Part shown: positions 15,365-25,132 of the stretch, piece by piece
How the letters are laid out: each line of letters begins with the position of its first letter
Numbering within the stretch: the first letter of the stretch is position 1
Virus record (IMG/VR): IMGVR_UViG_3300037461_000072
Location: 1-41,900 of that record
DNA: 41,900 bases
Direction: 5' to 3' (one strand)
Source of the DNA: a virus
Taxonomy: Duplodnaviria > Caudoviricetes
Position numbers and translations under genes: made by a program
The notes under the pieces: model-generated
Seen by the model: the letters and a program-made list of their open reading frames with translations, nothing else
Databases searched by the model: none
What the model was told of the DNA's origin: nothing

Positions 15365-18300
15365 TTAACATTCTATGGAGTCGATAAACGACTTCCAATC
15401 TCCTTTCGATATTTTCTTAACTTGATTATCCACTTCCTTCTTAATTTTACTCACCTCGTCTTTGACTGTCACTCCCCTCGCTTCTTCTACAGCTTTTTTC
15501 CTAGCATCCGCAACCTCTCTAATCTTACTCACCGTAGAATCGGGGTCTCTTCCGGCTAACATTCTGATTCTCTGACCCATTGCTGTTGCTTCACTCACTC
15601 TAGGAGATGTGGCTAACTGTCTTAGTAGGTCTACGCTTCCATCCGCTTCTGCTTGTAACTCCACCGCTTTGTATACACTTTCGGGAAGTAAGCCGTATGG
15701 GGGATTCTCTTGTCCTAACGCTATTCTCTTTGCTCTCTCGTAATCCTCGGTAATCATTTTCTCTGCTCTATTAGCCTGATTGTCAACGTGTACTTCTTTA
15801 TATTCCGGAAGATCTGCAAACTGTCTAGCTAGTCCGGCTTCAATAGCTCTAGCCTCTACCTTAGATCCCAGTGTGCTTATCTTAGTGTCCCCCCTACCTA
15901 TGGGTTTCATAAGAACAGGGGGAGCAACAGTCTTTTGAGCCGTAGCTTTTTTCTGTGCAGTCTTGGTTATCTTTTTTAGTTTAGCCTCTTTAACTTCAAC
16001 TGGAGCAAGTACTTCTGTATAGAACTTCAGTATCTTATTTTCGTTTTTCAGAAACGATTGTATTCTCAACAACACCTTATCAAAAATTACTTTAATCTTT
16101 CCTGTAACTCCTTGTCTGTTCTTAGCATACCCGATAAAGTCCTCCATTATGTTCTCTTCTACCTGAGCTAAATCCTCTGATTTATATTTTCTTATACTGT
16201 ATAAAAATAGCTCTCTTTGCTCTTCTCTCGTAGTAAAAACGTCTAAGTACTTATGTCCGGCTTCGTGATAAAACGTATCCTTCGGATTAGCCTGACCGCT
16301 TAGAATGTATATCATCCTGTCTCTATATGCTCCGAGAGCCTTAGCGTTCCCCAATACCTGTTCTACAATCTTTATGCTCGTACCATCAGGAAAGAACTCT
16401 TTGTTTAGATCTATTATCTGCTGTTCTTGTTCATCGGTAATTTCGTAGCCTATCTGTTGAAGATCGTCTTTTACTCTGTAGGCTGTTGGCGGTTCTTTAT
16501 CTTTTTCTGTTAGCTCTGATTCCCACCACTGATACCCCTGTTCGTCATCCACTAAAACCAAATCGCTTCTTGTCTTCTTGATATAGGGTATGACCTGTTT
16601 GTCGTAAAAGGAAAGCACTGTCTGTTGTTCTCCTTCAAAATCTTCGATATTAAAATCTTCTACTGACGATGACTTTTGGTATTGATCCGGCTGATTAAAT
16701 GATTCACTGTTCCCTTTCGTTACAACATATACGTTGTCGTTCCCATCGCTAAATACTTCGTTATAGATTCCATCTAGATCATCGTATGTATTAAAGTTAT
16801 CAAGCTGGTTTTGCTTCCAATCCTCTTCGATATCGTCAAGCGAGAAAGATTCTTTATTGTCTACGCTATTTTGAACAGCATCGTTGAATACATTTTCCAA
16901 CTCGTAATCAATATCGTACCCAAAGCTATAAGAATCGGGATCTAGTGCTTTCTGCATCTCTTCTTCCGGTATACCTTTTAGCTCGGTTGCTGTAGGTTTC
17001 TTTCTTCCCTTTATTTTCTTTAGTGTGTCCTCGTGATCAGCCTCAAAACGATCTAACCTTTCCTGAGCTTCCTCTAAACCCTCAGTTGAAGATAGCCTCT
17101 TTATATTCTCCACCCTAGTTTTTAGTGTATCGCTGTCTAGACTCCATGAGTAGTTTTCACTGGCAATGTCTTTGTCTATCATTGCGTACTCGTGCAATCT
17201 TTTTAGAACCTCATTAACCGATAACACCTTTTCTACATCAGCTATAGTTTCTATCTTTCCAAACTTTTCTTCTATCTGATCGAAACTGTATCTAACTTGA
17301 TCCTCCCAACGCATATTTACCGTCTCGTCTGCATATACGGATTCACTAAAACTATTTACGTTGTCGCTTGGAGCTGCGGTAATTGCGAAATCATCGGTTT
17401 GTAATACCGTGTAGTCCTCTCCACCATAGGATATTACGTCTCCGGCAACCAAACCCTCTTCAGATCCGGATACTATTTCGTAGGGCATCGTGTCACCATA
17501 TTCTCCTCCTGTGAATCCCTCAATAGCCGCTACAGTTCTTGGAGTTGGAAATCTAATCTTCTTGAAACCCTCCTGTGCTTTTATGTTTATAGCCTCTCTG
17601 ATTGTTCTCTCCTGCCATATATTCCTGTATGTTTGGAAAACCCTTTCTCCTTCCGATATCTCCGGTAGATGTCCCAACTGTTTCTTTTTAAGATCCAACC
17701 TTGGTTCATAAGCATATTCAGGTTGGTTTGGATTATCCGCTTTGTCTTTAGCTATCATTGCCTCTAAGTTTTTGATATCCGTTTCCAGTCTTCTTCTTTC
17801 CTCTGAAATTCCAACACCCTTTTGGAAAGCATCTGATTGAACCTCTACCACATAAGCTGTATCGTCAACAACTCCGGCTCTGAAATGAGAAAATAACCCT
17901 ACCGATCCCCTAGCCTTGACCATCTTACCCTCCCCGTACTGAGAGTTTGCCTCTATCCAACTTTCAGCCGCCTCTCTGCTTGTAGTGATAGTTAGAGCTG
18001 CATTTTGTATGGTTTCCTCATTCAACGGTACTGAGGTGTCTAGAACAACAAATTGTTTTACACCGTTTTGTTCTACTTCCCGTATCTCTATGTCTTCTTT
18101 GGATATGCTCTTATTAAAGTCTGAACTAAAATGTCCGGCTGTGCCGTGGTCGTAGGGGGAATTTAGGATATACGTCTTAGCGGAATCCTCTCTCAGATTT
18201 ATGTTTCCCATTCCGTAATCAGCATAAGTATCGGAGGGTATTACTTCTAAGGGCAACATCTGTCTAATAACCGCTTTTCTAAACTCAGCACCGTTAATCT

Positions 18301-20998
18301 TATCCTGTCCTGAAAAGTCTTTGTTGAGTACGTCTTGTATTACAGAATATTCGTATGCTTTGAGACCTAATCCTTTGGAATTAGACAGGTTTTGGATATA
18401 GGATTTACTCAGCACACTCTTACCTTTAATGTCGGGATGCTCTAAAAATTTAGTAGTTAGTTCTCTTGAGTTTTTAGTAGGGATTAGTTCGTCTTCTTTT
18501 GTTCTTAGTTTAATTCCCCTTTTATCTATGTAATCGTCAATAGTTTCTTCTATCGTCTTACTGCCGGTAAACTTACCGTCTTTACCTTTTGTGTATCTCG
18601 GTGGGGTTTCTCCGCTCTCGAAGTCTGACAGTTTGTTATATATCTCCTCTTCGGTGGTTATTTCAATAAACTCATCCCCCCTGTTTAATGCTTCAGCCAT
18701 TCTGTGATTGCCGTCTTTTATATCGTACTTACCTTTTCCATCCGGAGTAGTTAATAGAGGTAATTCTGATGGGGATGTTTGTCCCTCTTGAACATCTCTA
18801 GCCGCCACCTGAAAATCATCAGTATCAGTGTTTACAAGTTCTATGGGTACAGTTTTGGAAACACGCATTATAAGACCCCTGAAGTTTTGTTTCGTTACTA
18901 CAACGCCTTCTTCTACAGTCCTAAACTTTGTACCCTGTTTAGCCAAGTAGTCCTGATACCCCTGTAGCTTTTTGTGTTCAGCAAATCTCTCATCTCCGAC
19001 CCACTTTTCCGCTAGTGCATCCATAAGCATGAAGTCAAGATCGTCTAGAGATTCTTTCTTCACCATCTGTCTATAATCCGGAAGATCTGACCCCTCTCTT
19101 TGGGCTTCGTTAGCTTCTCTATATTTTCTTTGTTCGGCTGTTTCTGCGGTTTCTTCCCTGAACTTGACAGTTCTGTTACCGGCTCGTTCTTCTAGAGCCT
19201 GTACGGTACGTTGAGTTTTAGTTATTTTTTTGGGAGTTACTTTTTGTTCGACTGGTTTTCCGGCTGTAGTTTCTGATACTTCTGGTACGATTCCCACAAC
19301 TCCTTCACCAGTTGTTCTTTGTTCTTCCCCTGTGGGGATATTAGAGATATTAGTTTCTTCATTTTGTCCTTGTTGTTGCTCCTGACCTAACTTAGTGTAA
19401 ATGGTAGCAAAGTTCTTCAGATCAAAAACAGCTAATTGACCGGCTTGTTCTGCCTTAGATATAGTGACCTCATTGGGATCTCCCACCTGAGATATATCTA
19501 TGTATATTTTACCACCATCTTCCCAAATACCCAAATGATTACCTTGTTCTAAAAGCCTATCCGAGAATTTATCTATAAATTCTGCTATGTTGTTTTCTTT
19601 GAAAGATACCTTATCGAAAATAGTTTCAGAGTCTTTATATGGAGAATACGCATACCCATCACTCGGCTTATTCCCTTCTAAGTTAATAGTGACCCCACCA
19701 CTTGCTAAAGTTGCTTTGTAAGCCTCGTCTGCTACAACACGAGTTTGTGTTTGAAAAGACTCTACTATATCCTGCTGTTCTGCAGTTCTACTCTCTGCCG
19801 GAGTAGCTAAAGCCTCTGATACTATCCCATTAAGATCGTCTACGACTTTGGGATCTACTATTTGAGTATCGGATATTGATTCGTCTCCCCCACCACCCAC
19901 CAGTCCCATTATGAACCCTACAGCTCCGGATTCTGGCAATCCCTCGAACAGTTTTTTGTCTTCGTTATAGGTTTTCTCTATCGCATTGGCTACTAACTCT
20001 TGTACGGTTTCTGTTCCACCCTCGTATAATCCTCCCTCTATTCTATTTAATCCCCAAGACAGTATGTTATTTAACACCTTATTTTTTATGATTTTACTCT
20101 GAGGGGATTTGTTCATCATTTTACCTAGCGGAAGTTGCTCTATTACCATATTTCCCAACCCAACTAGGTTAGCCAATTTATTGGATTCATAGTCGTTTAA
20201 TCCGTTTTGTTTACCGGTTTGATATGCACCTCCGGCTTCTAGTACATAGCTTGAGGGCATACCTACAGCTAAAGCTACAGCCGGATTCTTTGTAACCATA
20301 AATGTAGCAGCCGACATTCCAAAACTACCTATAAACTGAGGGGTATTGAAGGCTACCTCATTAGCTAACCATTGAGCAGACCACTTTTTCTGTTCCCCAA
20401 ATTCTTCTGTTACCTTCTCTCTTTCCTTTTGGGATATTTCAGCATATTCCATCCCTTTTTTTTGCAACTTCTCCGATACGGTTATTTCCTCTTCTTCCCG
20501 TGCTTTTATTCTGTCTACCTGTTGTTTCCCTGCATCTATCTGTCTTTGCAAGTTCTCTCTATCCAAATCCGTTAGGGGTACTTTTTTCATTCCCTTCCAC
20601 CACCAACCCTGATCGAGATAATTCTGCAACATTCTTGTACTGGCTTCTCTGGAAACTATAAGATCTCCGGTCATTTGTTTATTATCTGCAGCGACCCCAG
20701 TTCCCGTAAGAGCTAGTCCGGTTAAAGAAGGTACTCCAGCCTTGAAACTTGCAGCAAACTCTTTTACCCTGCTCCAGAGGCTTCTCTTTTCCGGTTTAGT
20801 CTCTTCCGGTACTGGCTGCTCTACAGGTTTTGTTTTACGTTCAACTGCAGTATTACTGGAAGGGAAACTTTTTTCGTATGCTTGAATAAAAGGGTTATTT
20901 GTTTGAATACCAGATCCTTCCGACTCCCGTCTTCTTCTTTTCTCGTCATCTTCCTCGTTCCAGTACGAGTCGTATCCCTCGATGAAAGGATTTGCCAT
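15365..20998 (-). CDS. Large polyvalent virion/ejection protein (1877 aa)
   Basis: Gly/Ala hydrophobic N-terminal region, ParB/Srx-like IKDGNHR, EVQSD motif and zincin-like FYHEAGH. Confidence 0.7.
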   Translation of the reverse strand: MANPFIEGYDSYWNEEDDEKRRRRESEGSGIQTNNPFIQAYEKSFPSSNTAVERKTKPVEQPVPEETKPEKRSLWSRVKEFAASFKAGVPSLTGLALTGTGVAADNKQMTGDLIVSREASTRMLQNYLDQGWWWKGMKKVPLTDLDRENLQRQIDAGKQQVDRIKAREEEEITVSEKLQKKGMEYAEISQKEREKVTEEFGEQKKWSAQWLANEVAFNTPQFIGSFGMSAATFMVTKNPAVALAVGMPSSYVLEAGGAYQTGKQNGLNDYESNKLANLVGLGNMVIEQLPLGKMMNKSPQSKIIKNKVLNNILSWGLNRIEGGLYEGGTETVQELVANAIEKTYNEDKKLFEGLPESGAVGFIMGLVGGGGDESISDTQIVDPKVVDDLNGIVSEALATPAESRTAEQQDIVESFQTQTRVVADEAYKATLASGGVTINLEGNKPSDGYAYSPYKDSETIFDKVSFKENNIAEFIDKFSDRLLEQGNHLGIWEDGGKIYIDISQVGDPNEVTISKAEQAGQLAVFDLKNFATIYTKLGQEQQQGQNEETNISNIPTGEEQRTTGEGVVGIVPEVSETTAGKPVEQKVTPKKITKTQRTVQALEERAGNRTVKFREETAETAEQRKYREANEAQREGSDLPDYRQMVKKESLDDLDFMLMDALAEKWVGDERFAEHKKLQGYQDYLAKQGTKFRTVEEGVVVTKQNFRGLIMRVSKTVPIELVNTDTDDFQVAARDVQEGQTSPSELPLLTTPDGKGKYDIKDGNHRMAEALNRGDEFIEITTEEEIYNKLSDFESGETPPRYTKGKDGKFTGSKTIEETIDDYIDKRGIKLRTKEDELIPTKNSRELTTKFLEHPDIKGKSVLSKSYIQNLSNSKGLGLKAYEYSVIQDVLNKDFSGQDKINGAEFRKAVIRQMLPLEVIPSDTYADYGMGNINLREDSAKTYILNSPYDHGTAGHFSSDFNKSISKEDIEIREVEQNGVKQFVVLDTSVPLNEETIQNAALTITTSREAAESWIEANSQYGEGKMVKARGSVGLFSHFRAGVVDDTAYVVEVQSDAFQKGVGISEERRRLETDIKNLEAMIAKDKADNPNQPEYAYEPRLDLKKKQLGHLPEISEGERVFQTYRNIWQERTIREAINIKAQEGFKKIRFPTPRTVAAIEGFTGGEYGDTMPYEIVSGSEEGLVAGDVISYGGEDYTVLQTDDFAITAAPSDNVNSFSESVYADETVNMRWEDQVRYSFDQIEEKFGKIETIADVEKVLSVNEVLKRLHEYAMIDKDIASENYSWSLDSDTLKTRVENIKRLSSTEGLEEAQERLDRFEADHEDTLKKIKGRKKPTATELKGIPEEEMQKALDPDSYSFGYDIDYELENVFNDAVQNSVDNKESFSLDDIEEDWKQNQLDNFNTYDDLDGIYNEVFSDGNDNVYVVTKGNSESFNQPDQYQKSSSVEDFNIEDFEGEQQTVLSFYDKQVIPYIKKTRSDLVLVDDEQGYQWWESELTEKDKEPPTAYRVKDDLQQIGYEITDEQEQQIIDLNKEFFPDGTSIKIVEQVLGNAKALGAYRDRMIYILSGQANPKDTFYHEAGHKYLDVFTTREEQRELFLYSIRKYKSEDLAQVEENIMEDFIGYAKNRQGVTGKIKVIFDKVLLRIQSFLKNENKILKFYTEVLAPVEVKEAKLKKITKTAQKKATAQKTVAPPVLMKPIGRGDTKISTLGSKVEARAIEAGLARQFADLPEYKEVHVDNQANRAEKMITEDYERAKRIALGQENPPYGLLPESVYKAVELQAEADGSVDLLRQLATSPRVSEATAMGQRIRMLAGRDPDSTVSKIREVADARKKAVEEARGVTVKDEVSKIKKEVDNQVKKISKGDWKSFIDSIEC

Positions 20999-21001
20999 CT
21001 T

Positions 21002-22324
21002 CTACTTTCTGACTACATATTTGCCAAATTTTGCCCACCAATCATTCGCACTTCTGCCGGTGGTTTCTGTCCACAAAGATACCAACGATTCAGCCTGATT
21101 CTCGGTTATCATATACTCTTGATCGAAACCCTCATAGGAAATACCCATCTTTTGTGCCGACTCACTGGCGTGTTGTATGGCTTCGTTCATCATGTTTGTG
21201 TATGTAGATATGGTCTCTCCCCCACCACTTCCACCGCTACCGCCACTTCCACCGCTTCCCGAAGACCCCAAAGAGATACTTTGAGTAATAGGCTGACCGT
21301 CTGCTCCCTGAGTTATTATGTCCAAATATTTAGTTCCACCAGCCTCCCTCGTTCCCTGATACAGCACTTTTTCTTCCGGATTGAGGTTAGCTGTAAATCC
21401 TACGGGGAGTCCGGACTGTACTTCTAGTTTGTTTATGAACGCTCTCTGATCCCCCGACAAACTTCCGTAGTCCATATTTCCTCCCAGTATGGCGTTCTGA
21501 TATAACTGCAAATTTGCTCTAGCGGATGCGACCTGTTCATCCATCTCCGCATCTATTAAATTATAAATCTGTAAGTTTCTATTAAAATCAGCGTTGTACT
21601 GAGCAACCGCATCCTGATAATCTAATCCCATAAAGTTCATGTATGTAGAAATGACATTGTATGACGTAGTTAGTTGGTCATTTATTACGTTTAGTTGTCT
21701 ACCCAGAGCATCTATCCTCTCGTTTTCTTGTCTCTCGATCTCTCCTACTCTTCCGGCTATAACTCCCATCTCCACTGGTTTTCCTTCTGCTGACTGAGTT
21801 CTTTGTCTTTTGATTGCGTACTGTTCTTCTAACTGCGCTTTCAAATCCGTGAGTGTGGTTTCAAGATCCGCCACTCCCATATCTTCCCTCAAGTTTTCGT
21901 ATGTTTCTACTCTATTTAGTAATTCCGGTCTGGGGGTATCGGGTTCTAACTGTGCCATTATGGATTCCCGTAGTTCTGGAGAACCGGCTGCACCATATAC
22001 GCTGTCTTGAAAGTCACTAAGGTAAGAGGGTAATTCCATACTGGATGTAGGAGAAGTAAGTTGGGGTCTTGAGCCTGTATATTCTTCTATTTTATCCAAA
22101 TTGGCTTCAGTCCAACCTCCGGTAGTGGTAACTCCTCTGGATAGTTTTGCAAAAGACTTGGCTAAATCTTCTTTGCCGTATCTCTCTTCAGCATCGGGAG
22201 TGATAGTTTTCATGTAATCTATCAGTTTGCCGTACTCCTTTCCGCCCTCTCTTCCGGCATCTTTTAGATAAGACTTGTATTCTTTAGCCTCATCCCACGT
22301 CATGCTTTTTATTTCTCTTCCCAT
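21002..22324 (-). CDS. Putative ejection protein (coiled coil, GS linker)
   Basis: Position, helical composition and GSGGSGGSGGSGGG linker. Confidence 0.6.
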   Translation of the reverse strand: MGREIKSMTWDEAKEYKSYLKDAGREGGKEYGKLIDYMKTITPDAEERYGKEDLAKSFAKLSRGVTTTGGWTEANLDKIEEYTGSRPQLTSPTSSMELPSYLSDFQDSVYGAAGSPELRESIMAQLEPDTPRPELLNRVETYENLREDMGVADLETTLTDLKAQLEEQYAIKRQRTQSAEGKPVEMGVIAGRVGEIERQENERIDALGRQLNVINDQLTTSYNVISTYMNFMGLDYQDAVAQYNADFNRNLQIYNLIDAEMDEQVASARANLQLYQNAILGGNMDYGSLSGDQRAFINKLEVQSGLPVGFTANLNPEEKVLYQGTREAGGTKYLDIITQGADGQPITQSISLGSSGSGGSGGSGGSGGGETISTYTNMMNEAIQHASESAQKMGISYEGFDQEYMITENQAESLVSLWTETTGRSANDWWAKFGKYVVRK

Positions 22325-22330
22325 AGTATA

Positions 22331-22339
22331 ATTATATCA
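22331..22339 (-). promoter_or_regulatory. Extended -10 promoter, leaderless
   Basis: TGaTATAAT-6nt-ATG(22324). Confidence 0.75.
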
Positions 22340-22359
22340 GCAATATATACACCGTTCTA

Positions 22360-23679
22360 TCAGCTGATACCTTTCTCTAATGTTTTTACTCTTTCTAGTA
22401 ATTCCATAATCATTTTATTTTGTACCATAACCAATCTGTTCAAAGAATATCCAGTAATTTCCTTATCTATCAATTCTTTTTTCCCATCCCCTTTAGTCAC
22501 AACCTGATGTTTTGTCCATGTTTTTTTTATAGCCTTGTGTACCGGAGCGTGATCCATTTTCACCCAATCCTTATCTTTATCTTCCCCCTCTTCCGCAACT
22601 TGAACAGAGGATATAATATCTTCTAGTTTATCCTTGCCGGTATAGGTTTCGGAGGCATAACTCAAAGACCCTATTTCGTTAATATCGTTACCGTTCATGT
22701 CCAAATCTCCGCCAAGAGAAGCCCAAGAATCCGTTGCCAACCAACCCCCAACGTTCAAGTCATCGTTCACATCGACATACCCAGCACCATTTTCGTCTAT
22801 GGTATCAACGTGTAACTTGTCGTTACAATACACATCCCCACCGGAAGCTGTAAATTCAATATCCCTGCTACTTTTGGCTTCAAACACCATTCTTGTTCCG
22901 GTGTCATCTATAGTTCCGGCAACATTTCCACCGGAATCATAAAAGTTAATAACGGCATCGTTGGCTGCCATAGATACTCTGATTCCAGTAGAACCCGTGG
23001 ATATAGTAGACCCTGTTATAGTGACCCCAGATATATTTCCAGCAGTCATATCCCCTTTTATTATTAGTTTCCCAGCCGATTGATCCCATAAAACACCGTT
23101 ACTTCCAGCATAGTTTCCAAAAGTCACATCCCCAACGTTAGTTCCACCGACCTCTACTTTGAATACAACAGAAGTGCCATCCGAAGCATAAGCGATTATT
23201 CCGGTATTAGCGTCTGGAAATATCTTAACCTTAGCTGCAGCAGCAGTTTCCGTGGTTACATAAGTTCCACCTACCTTATCTAGTTTGTAAGCATCCTGAT
23301 CCACTACAACCCATTCCCCAGCAGCAATCTGATCAGCACCAACGGAAGCGGCTCTATACATTTTGTTGTCATCGTTTGTATCGACCCATAAATCACCGAT
23401 AGCGGTAGATGTAGGAATAGCATCCTGAGCGAATGTGACCACTTTAGAGTATCCAGTTCCACCAAGATCTGCGGAAGTAGCTGTTAAATTTCCCGACATA
23501 TCTACCTTAAAGGGAGCGTTTGCAAACTGTTCAGCACCTAGCCATATTCCCGACTGATCCGCTCTAAATACCGCAGATCCGTTTCCTATAGCCATTGAAG
23601 AGGCGTTAGCCTCCATCGTGCCGGCTACTTCTTCTGTGTCTTGTACTTCTTGGTTTTCTACATCAACGAATACACTCAT
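22360..23679 (-). CDS. Tail fibre/spike with C-terminal chaperone-like coiled coil
   Basis: GDLWVDT motif, Gly-rich beta repeats and ELLERVKTLE end. ATG 23679 is coupled to the upstream TGA. Confidence 0.7.
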   Translation of the reverse strand: MSVFVDVENQEVQDTEEVAGTMEANASSMAIGNGSAVFRADQSGIWLGAEQFANAPFKVDMSGNLTATSADLGGTGYSKVVTFAQDAIPTSTAIGDLWVDTNDDNKMYRAASVGADQIAAGEWVVVDQDAYKLDKVGGTYVTTETAAAAKVKIFPDANTGIIAYASDGTSVVFKVEVGGTNVGDVTFGNYAGSNGVLWDQSAGKLIIKGDMTAGNISGVTITGSTISTGSTGIRVSMAANDAVINFYDSGGNVAGTIDDTGTRMVFEAKSSRDIEFTASGGDVYCNDKLHVDTIDENGAGYVDVNDDLNVGGWLATDSWASLGGDLDMNGNDINEIGSLSYASETYTGKDKLEDIISSVQVAEEGEDKDKDWVKMDHAPVHKAIKKTWTKHQVVTKGDGKKELIDKEITGYSLNRLVMVQNKMIMELLERVKTLEKGIS

Positions 23680-25115
23680 GTGTATTGAACCTCCAATACT
23701 TCGAGAGAAGGGGTTGTGTTTCCTGAACAAGTGAACGCTACCTTTAACTGCAGTGCTGTAGCCTCTATCCCCTCCTCCAAAGTTATTATCTTTCTATCCG
23801 TGTCCGTAATCTGAGAAGACGTTGGTGCGGTATAAGATCCGGCATAGTTCTTGTCGTAAGTAAGAGTTAGTGCGGTTGAAGCCGGAAGACTGTTATATCC
23901 CATTATGAATTTAGAAAAAGAACTCTGTTCCGTTCTGGAGGGTCTCATGACCCTAGTTTCAAAATATGCACCGGATAGTTTATTGTCGGAGTCTAACAGA
24001 TCCACCCCATAAGTAGTTCCGTTCTTCCAAGATACTAATATCTTTTGCCCTATGGTAACGATAGACCCTATCTCAATACTACTCATTACTAATGCACCGC
24101 TGGATCTTTCAGATATAGGATAAGCAAGATCTAATATCCAGTTATAGTTTCTAGAGTGCCTACCGAATCTATATACCCCCTGTAAGCACGGGTTTCCGGT
24201 TGAATTGGATACCCCAAACAACACCTGACCGTCTAGGTTAGCTGTAGCATCCGGATGTACCATACATCTAGCCGTAGGAGTATAAGTTCCCTGCACTTTT
24301 TTATAAAGTTCCAACACCTGACCATCGTAAGTATAAATATTCCCGTATTCTCCGGCAGAAACAAACACAAAGTTATCCGCTTGTAAGAAACAGTTTATTC
24401 CGGTTTCTTCTATAGAATCTGACTTGGTAAACGATACCGACCAAGTATTCCATCTTAGTATCTCAGTCTTAGCTATATTATCGTCAACCGTAGTTCCGAT
24501 TAGAATATCCGTTCCCATTTTCCCCAAAGATTTTATTATTAAAGAAGCGGTGATATCCAAAGCGTCTGCTGTAAAAGCACTGCCATCCCATTCGGAAACA
24601 TAATAGCCGTCTCCAATATATAAATTTAGATTTTGTATCACCATCGGATGATACTTTTTGTTAGTGATTGAAAATGTTTGCCAGTTTAGTTGTTTATTAG
24701 CAGCCCATTCCGTAGCACCCTCAGCATTTGTAGCTAGTATTCTGTGTAGTCTGGACTCTGTTGCCCATATTATATAGCCATCGTGTTCTATAGCTCCTAA
24801 GCACTTAACTTCCCCTGCTGCTGCCGTAGTGGTTAAAACTAGGGTATAAACACCGGCTGAAGTTCTTTCCCATATCTTTCCGGAGTCTGCCGAAAAATGA
24901 TACGTTCTCCCATTAGAAGACACCACTTGCCATTTTACAAATTCATCAATCGTTGTACCTGAGTTCTTGGTCAACTTTTGCTCTGCTTTCAATACTGCCG
25001 GTTCGGTATGGGGGTCTAGTCCAACCATTCTGTAAAGAGAATCCGGAATACCCGACCATTTGGAATCTGACAACCCCCCGTTATTAAAGTTTGATATTTC
25101 AATAGGTTCTGCCAT
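23676..25115 (-). CDS. Tail nozzle / head-closure protein (beta-propeller, P22 gp10-like position)
   Basis: ISNFNNGGLS N-terminus typical of podoviral tail tubular proteins; beta-rich. Confidence 0.6.
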   Translation of the reverse strand: MAEPIEISNFNNGGLSDSKWSGIPDSLYRMVGLDPHTEPAVLKAEQKLTKNSGTTIDEFVKWQVVSSNGRTYHFSADSGKIWERTSAGVYTLVLTTTAAAGEVKCLGAIEHDGYIIWATESRLHRILATNAEGATEWAANKQLNWQTFSITNKKYHPMVIQNLNLYIGDGYYVSEWDGSAFTADALDITASLIIKSLGKMGTDILIGTTVDDNIAKTEILRWNTWSVSFTKSDSIEETGINCFLQADNFVFVSAGEYGNIYTYDGQVLELYKKVQGTYTPTARCMVHPDATANLDGQVLFGVSNSTGNPCLQGVYRFGRHSRNYNWILDLAYPISERSSGALVMSSIEIGSIVTIGQKILVSWKNGTTYGVDLLDSDNKLSGAYFETRVMRPSRTEQSSFSKFIMGYNSLPASTALTLTYDKNYAGSYTAPTSSQITDTDRKIITLEEGIEATALQLKVAFTCSGNTTPSLEVLEVQYT

Positions 25116-25132
25116 ATGTGTATATTATACCC

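Noticed and set aside
21220-21270. Short tandem repeat CCACTTCCACCGCT
   Set aside because: It encodes an ordinary Gly/Ser linker.
13571-21427. Multiple plus-strand ORFs opposite the large virion genes
   Set aside because: Antisense shadows with no start signals or motifs.
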